From positions 1 to 64,000 of the IMG/VR virus record IMGVR_UViG_3300001528_000360: a stretch of 64,000 nt of DNA. One strand, written 5' to 3'. This stretch comes from a virus. Taxonomy: Duplodnaviria; Caudoviricetes. This document shows, one piece after another, positions 30,728 through 39,708 of the stretch (position 1 is the first letter of the stretch; every line of letters begins with the position of its first letter). The position numbers and the translations under genes are program-made. Below the pieces are notes generated by a model. The model did not search any database, was not told the origin of the DNA, and saw only the letters and a list, made by a program, of their open reading frames with translations.

Positions 30728-31336
30728 ATGAATTCTGAGATGTTTAATAGTCTTTTAGAAGACGTTCAATTTGTAGATATTATGAATAATGATATTTTAT
30801 CAGAATCAGTATATCGTAGGAAAACAAATCTTTATATAATTTATCCAGAATCTATGAATGATAATTTTGCACAGCCTGGGGTTTCATTTGGAGCTGATAT
30901 TAATACTGCTGTTTATAATTATAAGCAAAAATTACATACGCATAATAATATTAAAAATCCTCCTGAAAAAGTATATGTTTATATACCAGATGCAGGGCAC
31001 TATGATTTTCGTATGTCTTATGAAAATTTCAATTCTTGGTGGTCACTAGATAAAGTCTACCTTAGGATGATTGGAATAATTAAATTTAATGAAGATTGGT
31101 CTTGGGAGTGGATTGAGAAAGTTGATGAATCATATTGTAATGATTATCAGAATAGTGAATTTGATATTTTAACAGAATCTAAGATTGAATTTGTAAATGA
31201 TAAAGGTGAAGAAGTTCCAAAAGTTTGTCCAAAATGTGGTTCTAAAGTAGGTATATTCCTTAGAGGAGAACCCGTTTTCCTATGTACTAATAAGAAATGT
31301 GGAAAATATTTTGGAACTGTTCCTTGTAAAGATTAA
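30728..31336 (+). CDS. Hypothetical protein with shared leader and C-terminal zinc ribbon
   Basis: First 20 aa identical to 29437; CPKC...CTNKKC. Confidence 0.65.
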   Translation: MNSEMFNSLLEDVQFVDIMNNDILSESVYRRKTNLYIIYPESMNDNFAQPGVSFGADINTAVYNYKQKLHTHNNIKNPPEKVYVYIPDAGHYDFRMSYENFNSWWSLDKVYLRMIGIIKFNEDWSWEWIEKVDESYCNDYQNSEFDILTESKIEFVNDKGEEVPKVCPKCGSKVGIFLRGEPVFLCTNKKCGKYFGTVPCKD

Positions 31337-31352
31337 TAAATGAGGTGACTAT

Positions 31353-32468
31353 ATGAATAAGAATGATTTATATCCTGTGTATATTATTCTCTTTTCTAAT
31401 GATACTGATTTCGGTAAGTTAATTAGAAAAGCTACTGGATCAGAATATTCTCATGCAGTTATTGCATTAGATAGTACTATGAATACTATGTACTCATTTT
31501 CTGATATTCCTTTCTCTCATGCAGGATTTACTGGAGCAGGTTTTGTTAGAGAATCTCTTTGGTCTCCAATGTTTAAGAAGAATAGATATTTTACTATTCT
31601 TGTAACTTTTGTTACAAAAGAACAACGTGACACAATTCAGAATAAGATTGATTATTTCTGTGAAAATTATAGAAAGTTTAAATATAATGATATTGGTCTT
31701 GTTCAGTATTATCTGAATTTTAAGGAAACCAAGGGTCATAGTGAAGACAAGAAGAAACGTTGGTTCTGTTCTGAGTTTGTTTCTTATATGGCTAAGGCTG
31801 GTAACATTAGTGGATTTAATGATATCATGCTTGCACCTGAAGATATCAAGAATCTTAATAATCCTAATGTTATTAATCTTGGTGATTTTACCATTTCTAA
31901 ATTTAAAGAATCCGATTTAATTCGAAAAACTGAAGCAGCTAAGAATACATTTATTAAAAATATGGAAGGTACCATTGTACATGAATCTTTCTATTTTAAT
32001 TATGTAGATGCTGTCAGAGAATCAGGAATTAAGGACATTATTAAGTTAAAAAAGAAAGAATTTAAAGAATCTGAGATCCATGCCTATACTTCCCTTATTG
32101 ACTGGAAGTATTTGTATGATGAGTATATCAAACTATTTCCTAATAGTGATCCTAATAGTAGATTTGATTTATTTGAGTTGATTGTAAGAAAAGTTCTTGT
32201 TCCTTTCCATCGAGATGCTAAACGAGCAACTCAGGAAATTGATGCTGAACTTAGAAATATCTTTAAAATTATTGGAAATTCAGTTATTAAAGCTGTAGAT
32301 GTAGTAAAGGGATTTATTTATACCAACAATGTTGGATATTCATATCCTGAAATGATAAAGTTTGCAACTATTCATGAAGGATTTGAGGAATTTGAAGTAT
32401 TAGTAAATCCTACTCCTACTTTAGCAAATGGACTTAAGAATGATAAGTTTGAAACTTTCTTTGAATAA
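31353..32468 (+). CDS. Permuted papain-like (YiiX/NlpC-P60) enzyme
   Basis: YSHAVI...YN...WFCSEFV. Confidence 0.7.
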   Translation: MNKNDLYPVYIILFSNDTDFGKLIRKATGSEYSHAVIALDSTMNTMYSFSDIPFSHAGFTGAGFVRESLWSPMFKKNRYFTILVTFVTKEQRDTIQNKIDYFCENYRKFKYNDIGLVQYYLNFKETKGHSEDKKKRWFCSEFVSYMAKAGNISGFNDIMLAPEDIKNLNNPNVINLGDFTISKFKESDLIRKTEAAKNTFIKNMEGTIVHESFYFNYVDAVRESGIKDIIKLKKKEFKESEIHAYTSLIDWKYLYDEYIKLFPNSDPNSRFDLFELIVRKVLVPFHRDAKRATQEIDAELRNIFKIIGNSVIKAVDVVKGFIYTNNVGYSYPEMIKFATIHEGFEEFEVLVNPTPTLANGLKNDKFETFFE

Positions 32469-32517
32469 AAAAAATAAGAACTGTATGAGATTAATTTCTC
32501 ATACAGTTCTTTATTAC

Positions 32518-33189
32518 TTATTTGATGAAAGTTGCTACTGGAATACAACTATTATAATCATCATAACGAGATATTTCCATAATAGTTCCTTCAACTTTTT
32601 CATCATCTAATGCATATGATGAATATGCATAATATATATCATGATTCAATACTACAGGTTTATTCATTAAATCAATAAAGAAATCATTATATACTTGAAT
32701 ATTCAATATACCTATATAATCACTAATAAAGTGATTATATTCTTTTTCAAAATATGTAGTTTTTATTTTTTCGCCATTTTCAAATAATTTGTAATTACCA
32801 TATAACAAACCATAATCAAAGCAATAATTATAAACACCATCATTACATATTTTATTATCTGCAGATTCCCCTAAACTAAATACTTCAGTATAAATTTGAT
32901 CTAATGATGGTGATAGAAATATAGTTCGATGATATGTATTTTTTACTAATTTATTTTTTGCATCAATTATAGAATCAGCATTATCAACTATAATTTTATT
33001 ATCGCACATATCTGGATTATATATAGATAATCTAACAAATCCTCGTTTATCTGTATATTTAGTTCCAATCTTATTCAGCATTTCCTGAAAATTTTCTGTT
33101 ACTGTTCGTAAAGGACTAATTTCATCATCTTCAATAACAATATAATTTTCTGGTAAATATAATTTATCTAAATACTTAGGTAATATCAC
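32518..33189 (-). CDS. Hypothetical protein, paralog of 33693..34370
   Basis: Shared KYL.KLYLPE.YI, SLDQIY.E.F, DYGLLY, IPVATF. Confidence 0.65.
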   Translation of the reverse strand: MILPKYLDKLYLPENYIVIEDDEISPLRTVTENFQEMLNKIGTKYTDKRGFVRLSIYNPDMCDNKIIVDNADSIIDAKNKLVKNTYHRTIFLSPSLDQIYTEVFSLGESADNKICNDGVYNYCFDYGLLYGNYKLFENGEKIKTTYFEKEYNHFISDYIGILNIQVYNDFFIDLMNKPVVLNHDIYYAYSSYALDDEKVEGTIMEISRYDDYNSCIPVATFIK

Positions 33190-33661
33190 TTTTTCATCAT
33201 CCTACCTTTTATAATATACTTTTTCTTTTCTTCATCTGATAGATTATCAAACTCTTTAATTTTATCTTGTAATTTCTTTAATTTAGTGGTAGATCCATCA
33301 CTAATTGAATACTTATATATGTCCTTTCCGCAAAATCCAGATAACCCATAAATATAATTATTAAGATCTGAAAAATGTGATAAGGTTTTCATATTAGTAC
33401 ATTTAACTTTACTATATATTACAGATCCGTCTGATGATATTGGATATGAAACATCAGTATTTTTATAGTGTACTTTTATTCTCGGACCATGTTTAGACTG
33501 TTCATGTGATTTAGGCATAATATTCATTTTATCAATTATTCCACTATCACTTATAAATGTATCTTCTTTAACGGGAATTAAAGAATCTAAAAGATCATCA
33601 TCTATCATATTTAATTCATCAATGCTAAAATCATTATATATATATATATATTATTTTCCAT
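33186..33661 (-). CDS. Hypothetical protein (weak DUF4160-like HGPRIKV motif), out of frame at a (TA)8 tract
   Basis: SD AAGGAG before ATG 33661; in frame with the 33608 ORF at (TA)7 or (TA)10. Confidence 0.5.
33635..33650. repeat. (TA)8 simple sequence repeat in the 5' coding region
   Basis: tatatatatatatata seen directly. Confidence 0.85.
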
Positions 33662-33692
33662 AATAATTTCTCCTTATAATTTTAATAATTTA

Positions 33693-34370
33693 TTATATCT
33701 TAGACTTTAAAAATGTTGCTACCGGGATAAACCAATTACCATTATATAAGTCACTATTTAAAATGATTTTTTCTGTTCTTATGCTATCTAAACTAGTAGT
33801 ATTGTAGCAAAATCTGATATCTTCATTTAAATTTACACTAGAATCATGATCTTTTATAAAATCCTGATTATGAAGTGATACATTTAAACAACCTATATAA
33901 TTATCAATGTTATCATTCCAGACATATCTAAGATAATTTGTTCGAACATGTTCATTTTCATGATATAACTCATGTTTACTATACAGTAATCCATAGTCAT
34001 AACAATATTTACGAATATTTGGAGAGTTATAGTCATTGATATTGTCCTGATTCGTCCATAGACAGAAAGATTCTCCATAAATTTGATCTAACGAAAATGA
34101 CATAAATACATATCTATGATAAGCATGTTTAGCTAATTCATCCTTAGATTCTTTAATAGAAGATTTACTATTAATTACTAAATTATCAGCAGAATTGTTA
34201 TAAATGGATAATACTAAAATTCCATCTCTATGCTTAATTGGTATTTTAGGAATCATTGACAATAATTTAGTAATATCTGTACTTGCATTCAAGCAACCTC
34301 CATCAACAGTATTTAGTACTATTATATATTTTTCAGGCAAATATAATTTATTTAAATATTTAGTTTTCAT
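33693..34370 (-). CDS. Early hypothetical protein, paralog of 32518..33189
   Basis: SD AAGGGG before ATG 34370; early motif at 34409. Confidence 0.65.
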   Translation of the reverse strand: MKTKYLNKLYLPEKYIIVLNTVDGGCLNASTDITKLLSMIPKIPIKHRDGILVLSIYNNSADNLVINSKSSIKESKDELAKHAYHRYVFMSFSLDQIYGESFCLWTNQDNINDYNSPNIRKYCYDYGLLYSKHELYHENEHVRTNYLRYVWNDNIDNYIGCLNVSLHNQDFIKDHDSSVNLNEDIRFCYNTTSLDSIRTEKIILNSDLYNGNWFIPVATFLKSKI

Positions 34371-34482
34371 ATATAAATATCCCCTTTTAAATATCATTAT
34401 ATACATTAATAATATATATTTAATTTTAGTTTTGAAAAAATAAATAGAGAAGTATGGTTTTCCATACTTCTCTATTTTTATA

Positions 34483-35550
34483 TTAAATATAATCAATTGC
34501 TTTTAATTTATTTGGAGACCATTCAAAGAGCATAAATCTTTTATTAGCTCCAACAAAGCCTTCTTCTTCAGACCAATTATCTGTAGGAACGCCTGAAGAA
34601 AGTCTACGAACCATTACACCATAGAGGTCTCCCTCTTTTTCATGATGAAGATGACCACAATGAACTTCTCTAACCTTTGCATTTGCAAATTCTATAGGAA
34701 ATTCTATTGTAAATTGTCCTCTCATATCATTAGGACTATTCTTAATATTACTACCATGAGTTATTCCAATAAAGCATCCTTCCCAGGAAATGCATTTTCT
34801 AGGTTTTAAAGAATCATCAATATTTAATTTAGGAAATGCAATATTTAACATTTGAACAAATGCCCAGCTCATGCTTTCGTCATGGTTTCCTTTAGAATAG
34901 TATAAATTAACTTTATCTGAATATTTAAAGGACATTTTAATTATATTAAACCAGAATGTTTTAGCGAGATTCCAAGCTTCTCCGAGATCAATTTTTTCAA
35001 TCGGCCTACCAGAAGAAGTCCTTCCTCTAAAGTCATCATTATGGAATAAATCTTGTCCAATAATGATGTTAATTTCTTTCCAATGTTGTTTTGTAATAAT
35101 AGCTAAAATATTCTTTGCCTGCTCAGTATAATTAGAAAATGGAAAATGCATATCAAATAAAGGAATCTCTAGCATATCATGTGAATTATCACACTCACAA
35201 GGTTCAATATCTACAGGTTGAGTGTTTTCACAAATAGTTGCTAAAAGTTTCTCCATTTGAAAATCTGAAACATGTTGTTTTATCCACGCTTGTACAATTT
35301 CTCCATTTTTATCTACTTGGACAGTTGCATCATGAGGAACAAAGTTGGGGTATGTGCCAGCGTATAAAGTAGAATTATCAGCCCAAGTTTTCTTTTTCCA
35401 TCTATGAAGACTCTTTCTAAAAGTTTCCATAGATGTCTCAGGGAATAATGCTCCATAATATTCTGTATAGATTTCTTTATATGTCTTACCCATATTCAGC
35501 ATATCAATGCATTTTCTCTTAATCTTAACATCTATTATAGAAGCAGCCAC
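34483..35550 (-). CDS. Calcineurin-like metallophosphoesterase
   Basis: DMH, QDLFH, GNHD, THG, GHLHH; late motif at 35579. Confidence 0.85.
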   Translation of the reverse strand: MAASIIDVKIKRKCIDMLNMGKTYKEIYTEYYGALFPETSMETFRKSLHRWKKKTWADNSTLYAGTYPNFVPHDATVQVDKNGEIVQAWIKQHVSDFQMEKLLATICENTQPVDIEPCECDNSHDMLEIPLFDMHFPFSNYTEQAKNILAIITKQHWKEINIIIGQDLFHNDDFRGRTSSGRPIEKIDLGEAWNLAKTFWFNIIKMSFKYSDKVNLYYSKGNHDESMSWAFVQMLNIAFPKLNIDDSLKPRKCISWEGCFIGITHGSNIKNSPNDMRGQFTIEFPIEFANAKVREVHCGHLHHEKEGDLYGVMVRRLSSGVPTDNWSEEEGFVGANKRFMLFEWSPNKLKAIDYI

Positions 35551-35707
35551 TAGTTAATACCTCCAGTCATTTTAGACTTTACATCTATGTTCAAATTTAA
35601 CTCATACCCTCATTTTAAATCTTTTTATATAACGGTTTTCTAATACAAAATATGTACAATTATATAAGACTAAAACGTGTGAAAATTCTAGGAAAGGGAT
35701 GATTTTT

Positions 35708-36544
35708 ATGCGACTTAATAAAGAAGAAGTTATTGCGTATTGTATTATGGAAGAATCTTTAGAGCCTGTACAAGCTGATAATGTACAGGTGTTTGATAAA
35801 AATAGTATGTTTTATCTTCGTTTTAATGCTACATTACAAGATTTTAATGTGAAAAATCGTAATGGTCGTATTTATATGGGATCTGCTATGATTCCTTCAT
35901 TGACTGCTGATCATATTATGGAACTTCAGAGAAATGGTTCTTGGTTTGGTGAATGTGGTCATCCGATGTCTGATGATATTAAGCGTATCTTAACGATTGA
36001 TCCTAAGCTTATTTCTCATCGTATTGTTAAGCATGAGGTCAATAACTATAGATGCACTGGTACTATCGAAACTCTGGATACTGAGTTTGGTCGTCAGATG
36101 ACTAAGAGCATTCTTCAGGGTATGAATCCTGCATTTAGTTTAAGAGCTTTAGCTCCTCTGGTTAAAAAGCCTGATGGTACTGCTGTTGTTCAGTCTAAAT
36201 GTCATGCCGTTTGTTATGACTGGGTTATTCTTCCTAGTCATAGAGTAGCTTACAGAGATCAGTCTTCTCCTATTGAGAAGGTTGTTAAAAAACTTGTTGA
36301 AAATGGTAATGTTGTTAATGAAGGTTCTGTTGTTCCTGTAAATGAGAGTGCTATTAAGGACTTTATTTCTATGGAGTCTCAGAATGTTAAGTTAGTATCT
36401 AATCTTTGTGAAGTTGCTCTTGGTGATATGACTTTATCTAAGGATATGCGTCATGTTATTCTTAAAGAGGGTAATGATAGTTTTGTTGTTAAACTTGAAG
36501 ATAAGATCAAATATGATATCAATAATTATATGAGACAGCTCTAA
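35708..36544 (+). CDS. Prohead (capsid maturation) protease, T4 gp21-like
   Basis: KNRNGRIY, GECGHP, ISH, FSLRA; late motif at 35655. Confidence 0.85.
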   Translation: MRLNKEEVIAYCIMEESLEPVQADNVQVFDKNSMFYLRFNATLQDFNVKNRNGRIYMGSAMIPSLTADHIMELQRNGSWFGECGHPMSDDIKRILTIDPKLISHRIVKHEVNNYRCTGTIETLDTEFGRQMTKSILQGMNPAFSLRALAPLVKKPDGTAVVQSKCHAVCYDWVILPSHRVAYRDQSSPIEKVVKKLVENGNVVNEGSVVPVNESAIKDFISMESQNVKLVSNLCEVALGDMTLSKDMRHVILKEGNDSFVVKLEDKIKYDINNYMRQL

Positions 36545-36567
36545 TTTTTTAAGGAGGCTATTACATT

Positions 36568-37017
36568 ATGGATAATAAAATGTTATTTTCCTTAATGGAA
36601 GATGCTCAATTTGTTGATATCATGAATATTGATATTGTACAAGAAGGCTATTGGAAACAATTAGGCTGGGGTATGAAAAACATTTTAGGTAATTTAAAAG
36701 ATGGTGGGAGTCCATTATATACTGGTAATTTTTCAGGTTTACAGTCTAGACTATTGGGCTTTGTTAAGAGTTGTAAGAGTGTAAATGATTGTAATTATCT
36801 TTTAAATGATGCCCGAAGCGCTAAAACTATGATTAATAAATTAAAGGATAATCTTACTAAGTATATTAATAAAGATCCAAATGCTAAAATCAATAAAAAA
36901 GATATGGAAAAACGAGTAAAGATGGGTTTGACTCCTGCTAAGATTGACTCATATTTAAAATGGATTGATAATACATATATTCCGGCTATTAAGAAAAAGA
37001 AAGCTGAACTTAAATAA
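36568..37017 (+). CDS. Basic protein with shared N-terminal leader
   Basis: MDNKMLFSLMEDAQFVDIMNIDIVQEG leader; Lys-rich remainder. Confidence 0.65.
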   Translation: MDNKMLFSLMEDAQFVDIMNIDIVQEGYWKQLGWGMKNILGNLKDGGSPLYTGNFSGLQSRLLGFVKSCKSVNDCNYLLNDARSAKTMINKLKDNLTKYINKDPNAKINKKDMEKRVKMGLTPAKIDSYLKWIDNTYIPAIKKKKAELK

Positions 37018-37138
37018 TTATTATAAGTGAATGGTGATTAGTTTCACCATTCACTTTTTTATTTAATAATTTGATTTAATGCTTAGAAAACAATAATGTA
37101 AGGTTCAAAAGAAATTTCTCTGAAAGGAGTGATTATAT

Positions 37139-38749
37139 ATGTATTTGACAATTGATACTAAGAAAGTTTTAGATAGTAAAAAACCTAAAGTTGATGCTCT
37201 GACAGAATCATTTCATGTTGCTAAAGAGAATCAAACTCCTACAAATGTGATTAATTTCTTATCTTTATATAGAAATACTTCTAAAGATACTATTTTAGAG
37301 AATCTTTCTTCTCTTTGTGATATTGATTCAGATATGACTTTCTCATATTTTGAAAATGTATTAAACATTGCAGAATTGTCTGAAAGTACTTTAAATGAGT
37401 ATAAATCTCATATTCAGTCTTTAATGGAATCTTGTGAAGAAGATCTCTATAAAGATAAATTAACTAATGCTAATAGTAAAATTGATTCTGTCATTGAAAA
37501 TATGAATGATATGAATAACATTCATGATGAAATGATGATGAATCTTGCTGTTAGCAGAATTAGAAAATCTTGCATGTTTGAATCTTATTTAGCAGATGAT
37601 TTAGAGGTTTTAATTTATAATATTAATAGTTCTCCAGAGGTTATTTATGATTATGAACAGATTATCAGAAAAATTAAAACTGATAAGTCAGGAATGTATC
37701 AATCAAGTTATGGTATGCTTCTTATTAAGAATACTGAAATGATTCGTAATTTACAGATTGTTGTTACTGGTGACGTTCTTGAACTGTTAACTAGTATGCC
37801 TAATGTAATTGCTGATAAAATCATTTCTTCTAATATGTCACCTAGTGTTATCAGGAACTTTATTAAGATCTATGATAAACAGATTGTTACTCTGTATTCT
37901 GATTTAAAACGTAATGAACCTAAACAGTATATTTTATATTCAACTTATGTAAGAAATCTTTCTGAAGCTAAGCAAAAAATTCTTGATTCTTTAAAGACTC
38001 CTTTAAAAGAAAATATTGCAGAAATGTCTCCTGATATTATTCTTTATGATGAAGGAGTTATTGAAGATTTTATTGCTGAGATGGAAGATTCTCTTGCAGA
38101 TATTATTTTTGATCCAGGCAAAGAATTAAATGAAACTAAGCTTGAAAATTTTGCTAAATTATATCGTACATATGAAGCTACTAGTAAGCTTCAGAAAGGT
38201 ATGATTTCTGCAGGACATAAAGCTGGAAATACTGCACAGAAAGCTGTTTCTAAGATGAAGTCTAATATGACTGATGCTAAGAGAGCTACTCTTCCTGTTA
38301 AGAAGGCTTTAGATCCTTTTTTTAATTTATTTAGTGATACCATCAATAAATTAAAAGATATGGATAAAAAGGAAAGAACCGAACGTATTATTACAGGAAA
38401 TTATCGTGCTAAATTAGTTAATTTTATTAAACGCGGTATTGTAGGTATTGCTGCTATTGGTGCTGCTGGTGCTGGCGCAAAGGTTGCTGCTGGTATTGTA
38501 TTTTCACCTAAGATTGTTGGATTAATTCTTGCCGCTATTACTATTCTTGTCGGTACAGCCATTGACAAGAAAATTGATAAGAAACATCGTCAGGCTATTC
38601 TTGTTGATCTTAAAAATGAACTTACTCTTGTTGAAGAAAAGATCGAAGATGCTAAGGGTGATGGTGCTCGTGATAAGAAGTATCAATTAATGCGTATTCA
38701 GCAGAAATTGAAGAAAGATATTGAAAGAATTGAATATAATCTGGATTAA
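37139..38749 (+). CDS. Putative head core/internal protein with a hydrophobic hairpin
   Basis: Late motif at 37089; acidic N-part with xES sites, basic C-part with a Gly/Ala-rich hydrophobic stretch. Confidence 0.5.
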   Translation: MYLTIDTKKVLDSKKPKVDALTESFHVAKENQTPTNVINFLSLYRNTSKDTILENLSSLCDIDSDMTFSYFENVLNIAELSESTLNEYKSHIQSLMESCEEDLYKDKLTNANSKIDSVIENMNDMNNIHDEMMMNLAVSRIRKSCMFESYLADDLEVLIYNINSSPEVIYDYEQIIRKIKTDKSGMYQSSYGMLLIKNTEMIRNLQIVVTGDVLELLTSMPNVIADKIISSNMSPSVIRNFIKIYDKQIVTLYSDLKRNEPKQYILYSTYVRNLSEAKQKILDSLKTPLKENIAEMSPDIILYDEGVIEDFIAEMEDSLADIIFDPGKELNETKLENFAKLYRTYEATSKLQKGMISAGHKAGNTAQKAVSKMKSNMTDAKRATLPVKKALDPFFNLFSDTINKLKDMDKKERTERIITGNYRAKLVNFIKRGIVGIAAIGAAGAGAKVAAGIVFSPKIVGLILAAITILVGTAIDKKIDKKHRQAILVDLKNELTLVEEKIEDAKGDGARDKKYQLMRIQQKLKKDIERIEYNLD

Positions 38750-38764
38750 AGGAGATGAATAATT

Positions 38765-39514
38765 ATGGATATATTTGATATTTTAAAAGAAGCAAAGAAT
38801 CCATCTCCTGCTAAAAAAGTTATTAGAGTTAGTACTAATGATAATACTGACTATACTGAGGAATTAGATGATGCTTCTCCTCAGGCAGATGAGAATATTG
38901 ATGCTACTAGTCAAGAAGATTCAGTTGATTATACTTCTGATATTGAAGAGGTAGAGCCTGGATCTAATGAAGAAACTAATACAGATGAATCTGAAGATGA
39001 TGCTTCTGATAATGACGATGAATCGAATGATTATACTGATAATTTAGATCAGGATGAAGATAATCCTGATCAAGATACTGATGAAACTACTGATGATGGT
39101 GCTCCTGAATCAACAGATTATACTGAAGATGCTGGTGATACCGGAGATGAAACTCAGGATGATGGAATGGGTGATGATACCCAGGATGATCAATCTCAGG
39201 AAGAAGCTAATCCTGAGCAAGAATTAGAGAATAAACAAAACATGGAATTATTAAATCGAACTGTCGAATTATATAATTCCGTATGTGGTATTTGTAATAA
39301 ACTTGATGCTATTACTCATATGAATATTTTAGCAAATAAAGTTAATATTCAAGTAAAACGTAACTTTAATAATCTTTGTAGTTATATCTATAAATTTATT
39401 ACAGGACCGTTTTTGACAAATTCTTATGTTAAGAATCTCTATATTTATAATTTTATCATTCAGACCTATAGAATTAATCTAGAGATGCTTAAGAAAATAA
39501 ATACATTAGAGTGA
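38765..39514 (+). CDS. Highly acidic putative scaffold/core protein
   Basis: D/E-rich with four DYT repeats; directly before the capsid gene. Confidence 0.5.
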   Translation: MDIFDILKEAKNPSPAKKVIRVSTNDNTDYTEELDDASPQADENIDATSQEDSVDYTSDIEEVEPGSNEETNTDESEDDASDNDDESNDYTDNLDQDEDNPDQDTDETTDDGAPESTDYTEDAGDTGDETQDDGMGDDTQDDQSQEEANPEQELENKQNMELLNRTVELYNSVCGICNKLDAITHMNILANKVNIQVKRNFNNLCSYIYKFITGPFLTNSYVKNLYIYNFIIQTYRINLEMLKKINTLE

Positions 39515-39523
39515 TTTTATCTG

Positions 39524-39679
39524 TACATTACTATAAAAGGTAGGCAGAATCATTCTATTAAACTAAACATTAATTTAAAATAAGCAAAACCTTATATTAA
39601 GTTGTCTTATTTATTTCCATGGCGAATTTGTCTCTTAAAAGTGACAAATAATTTTATTTTAAGAAGTACAAATATATAA
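39524..39679 (+). promoter_or_regulatory. Three tandem late promoter motifs upstream of the major capsid gene
   Basis: TACA-N6-TAA 39524, AACA-N6-TAA 39566, TACA-N6-TAA 39667. Confidence 0.65.
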
Positions 39680-39708
39680 TTTAATTAAGAAAGGATGTGC
39701 TCTTTATT

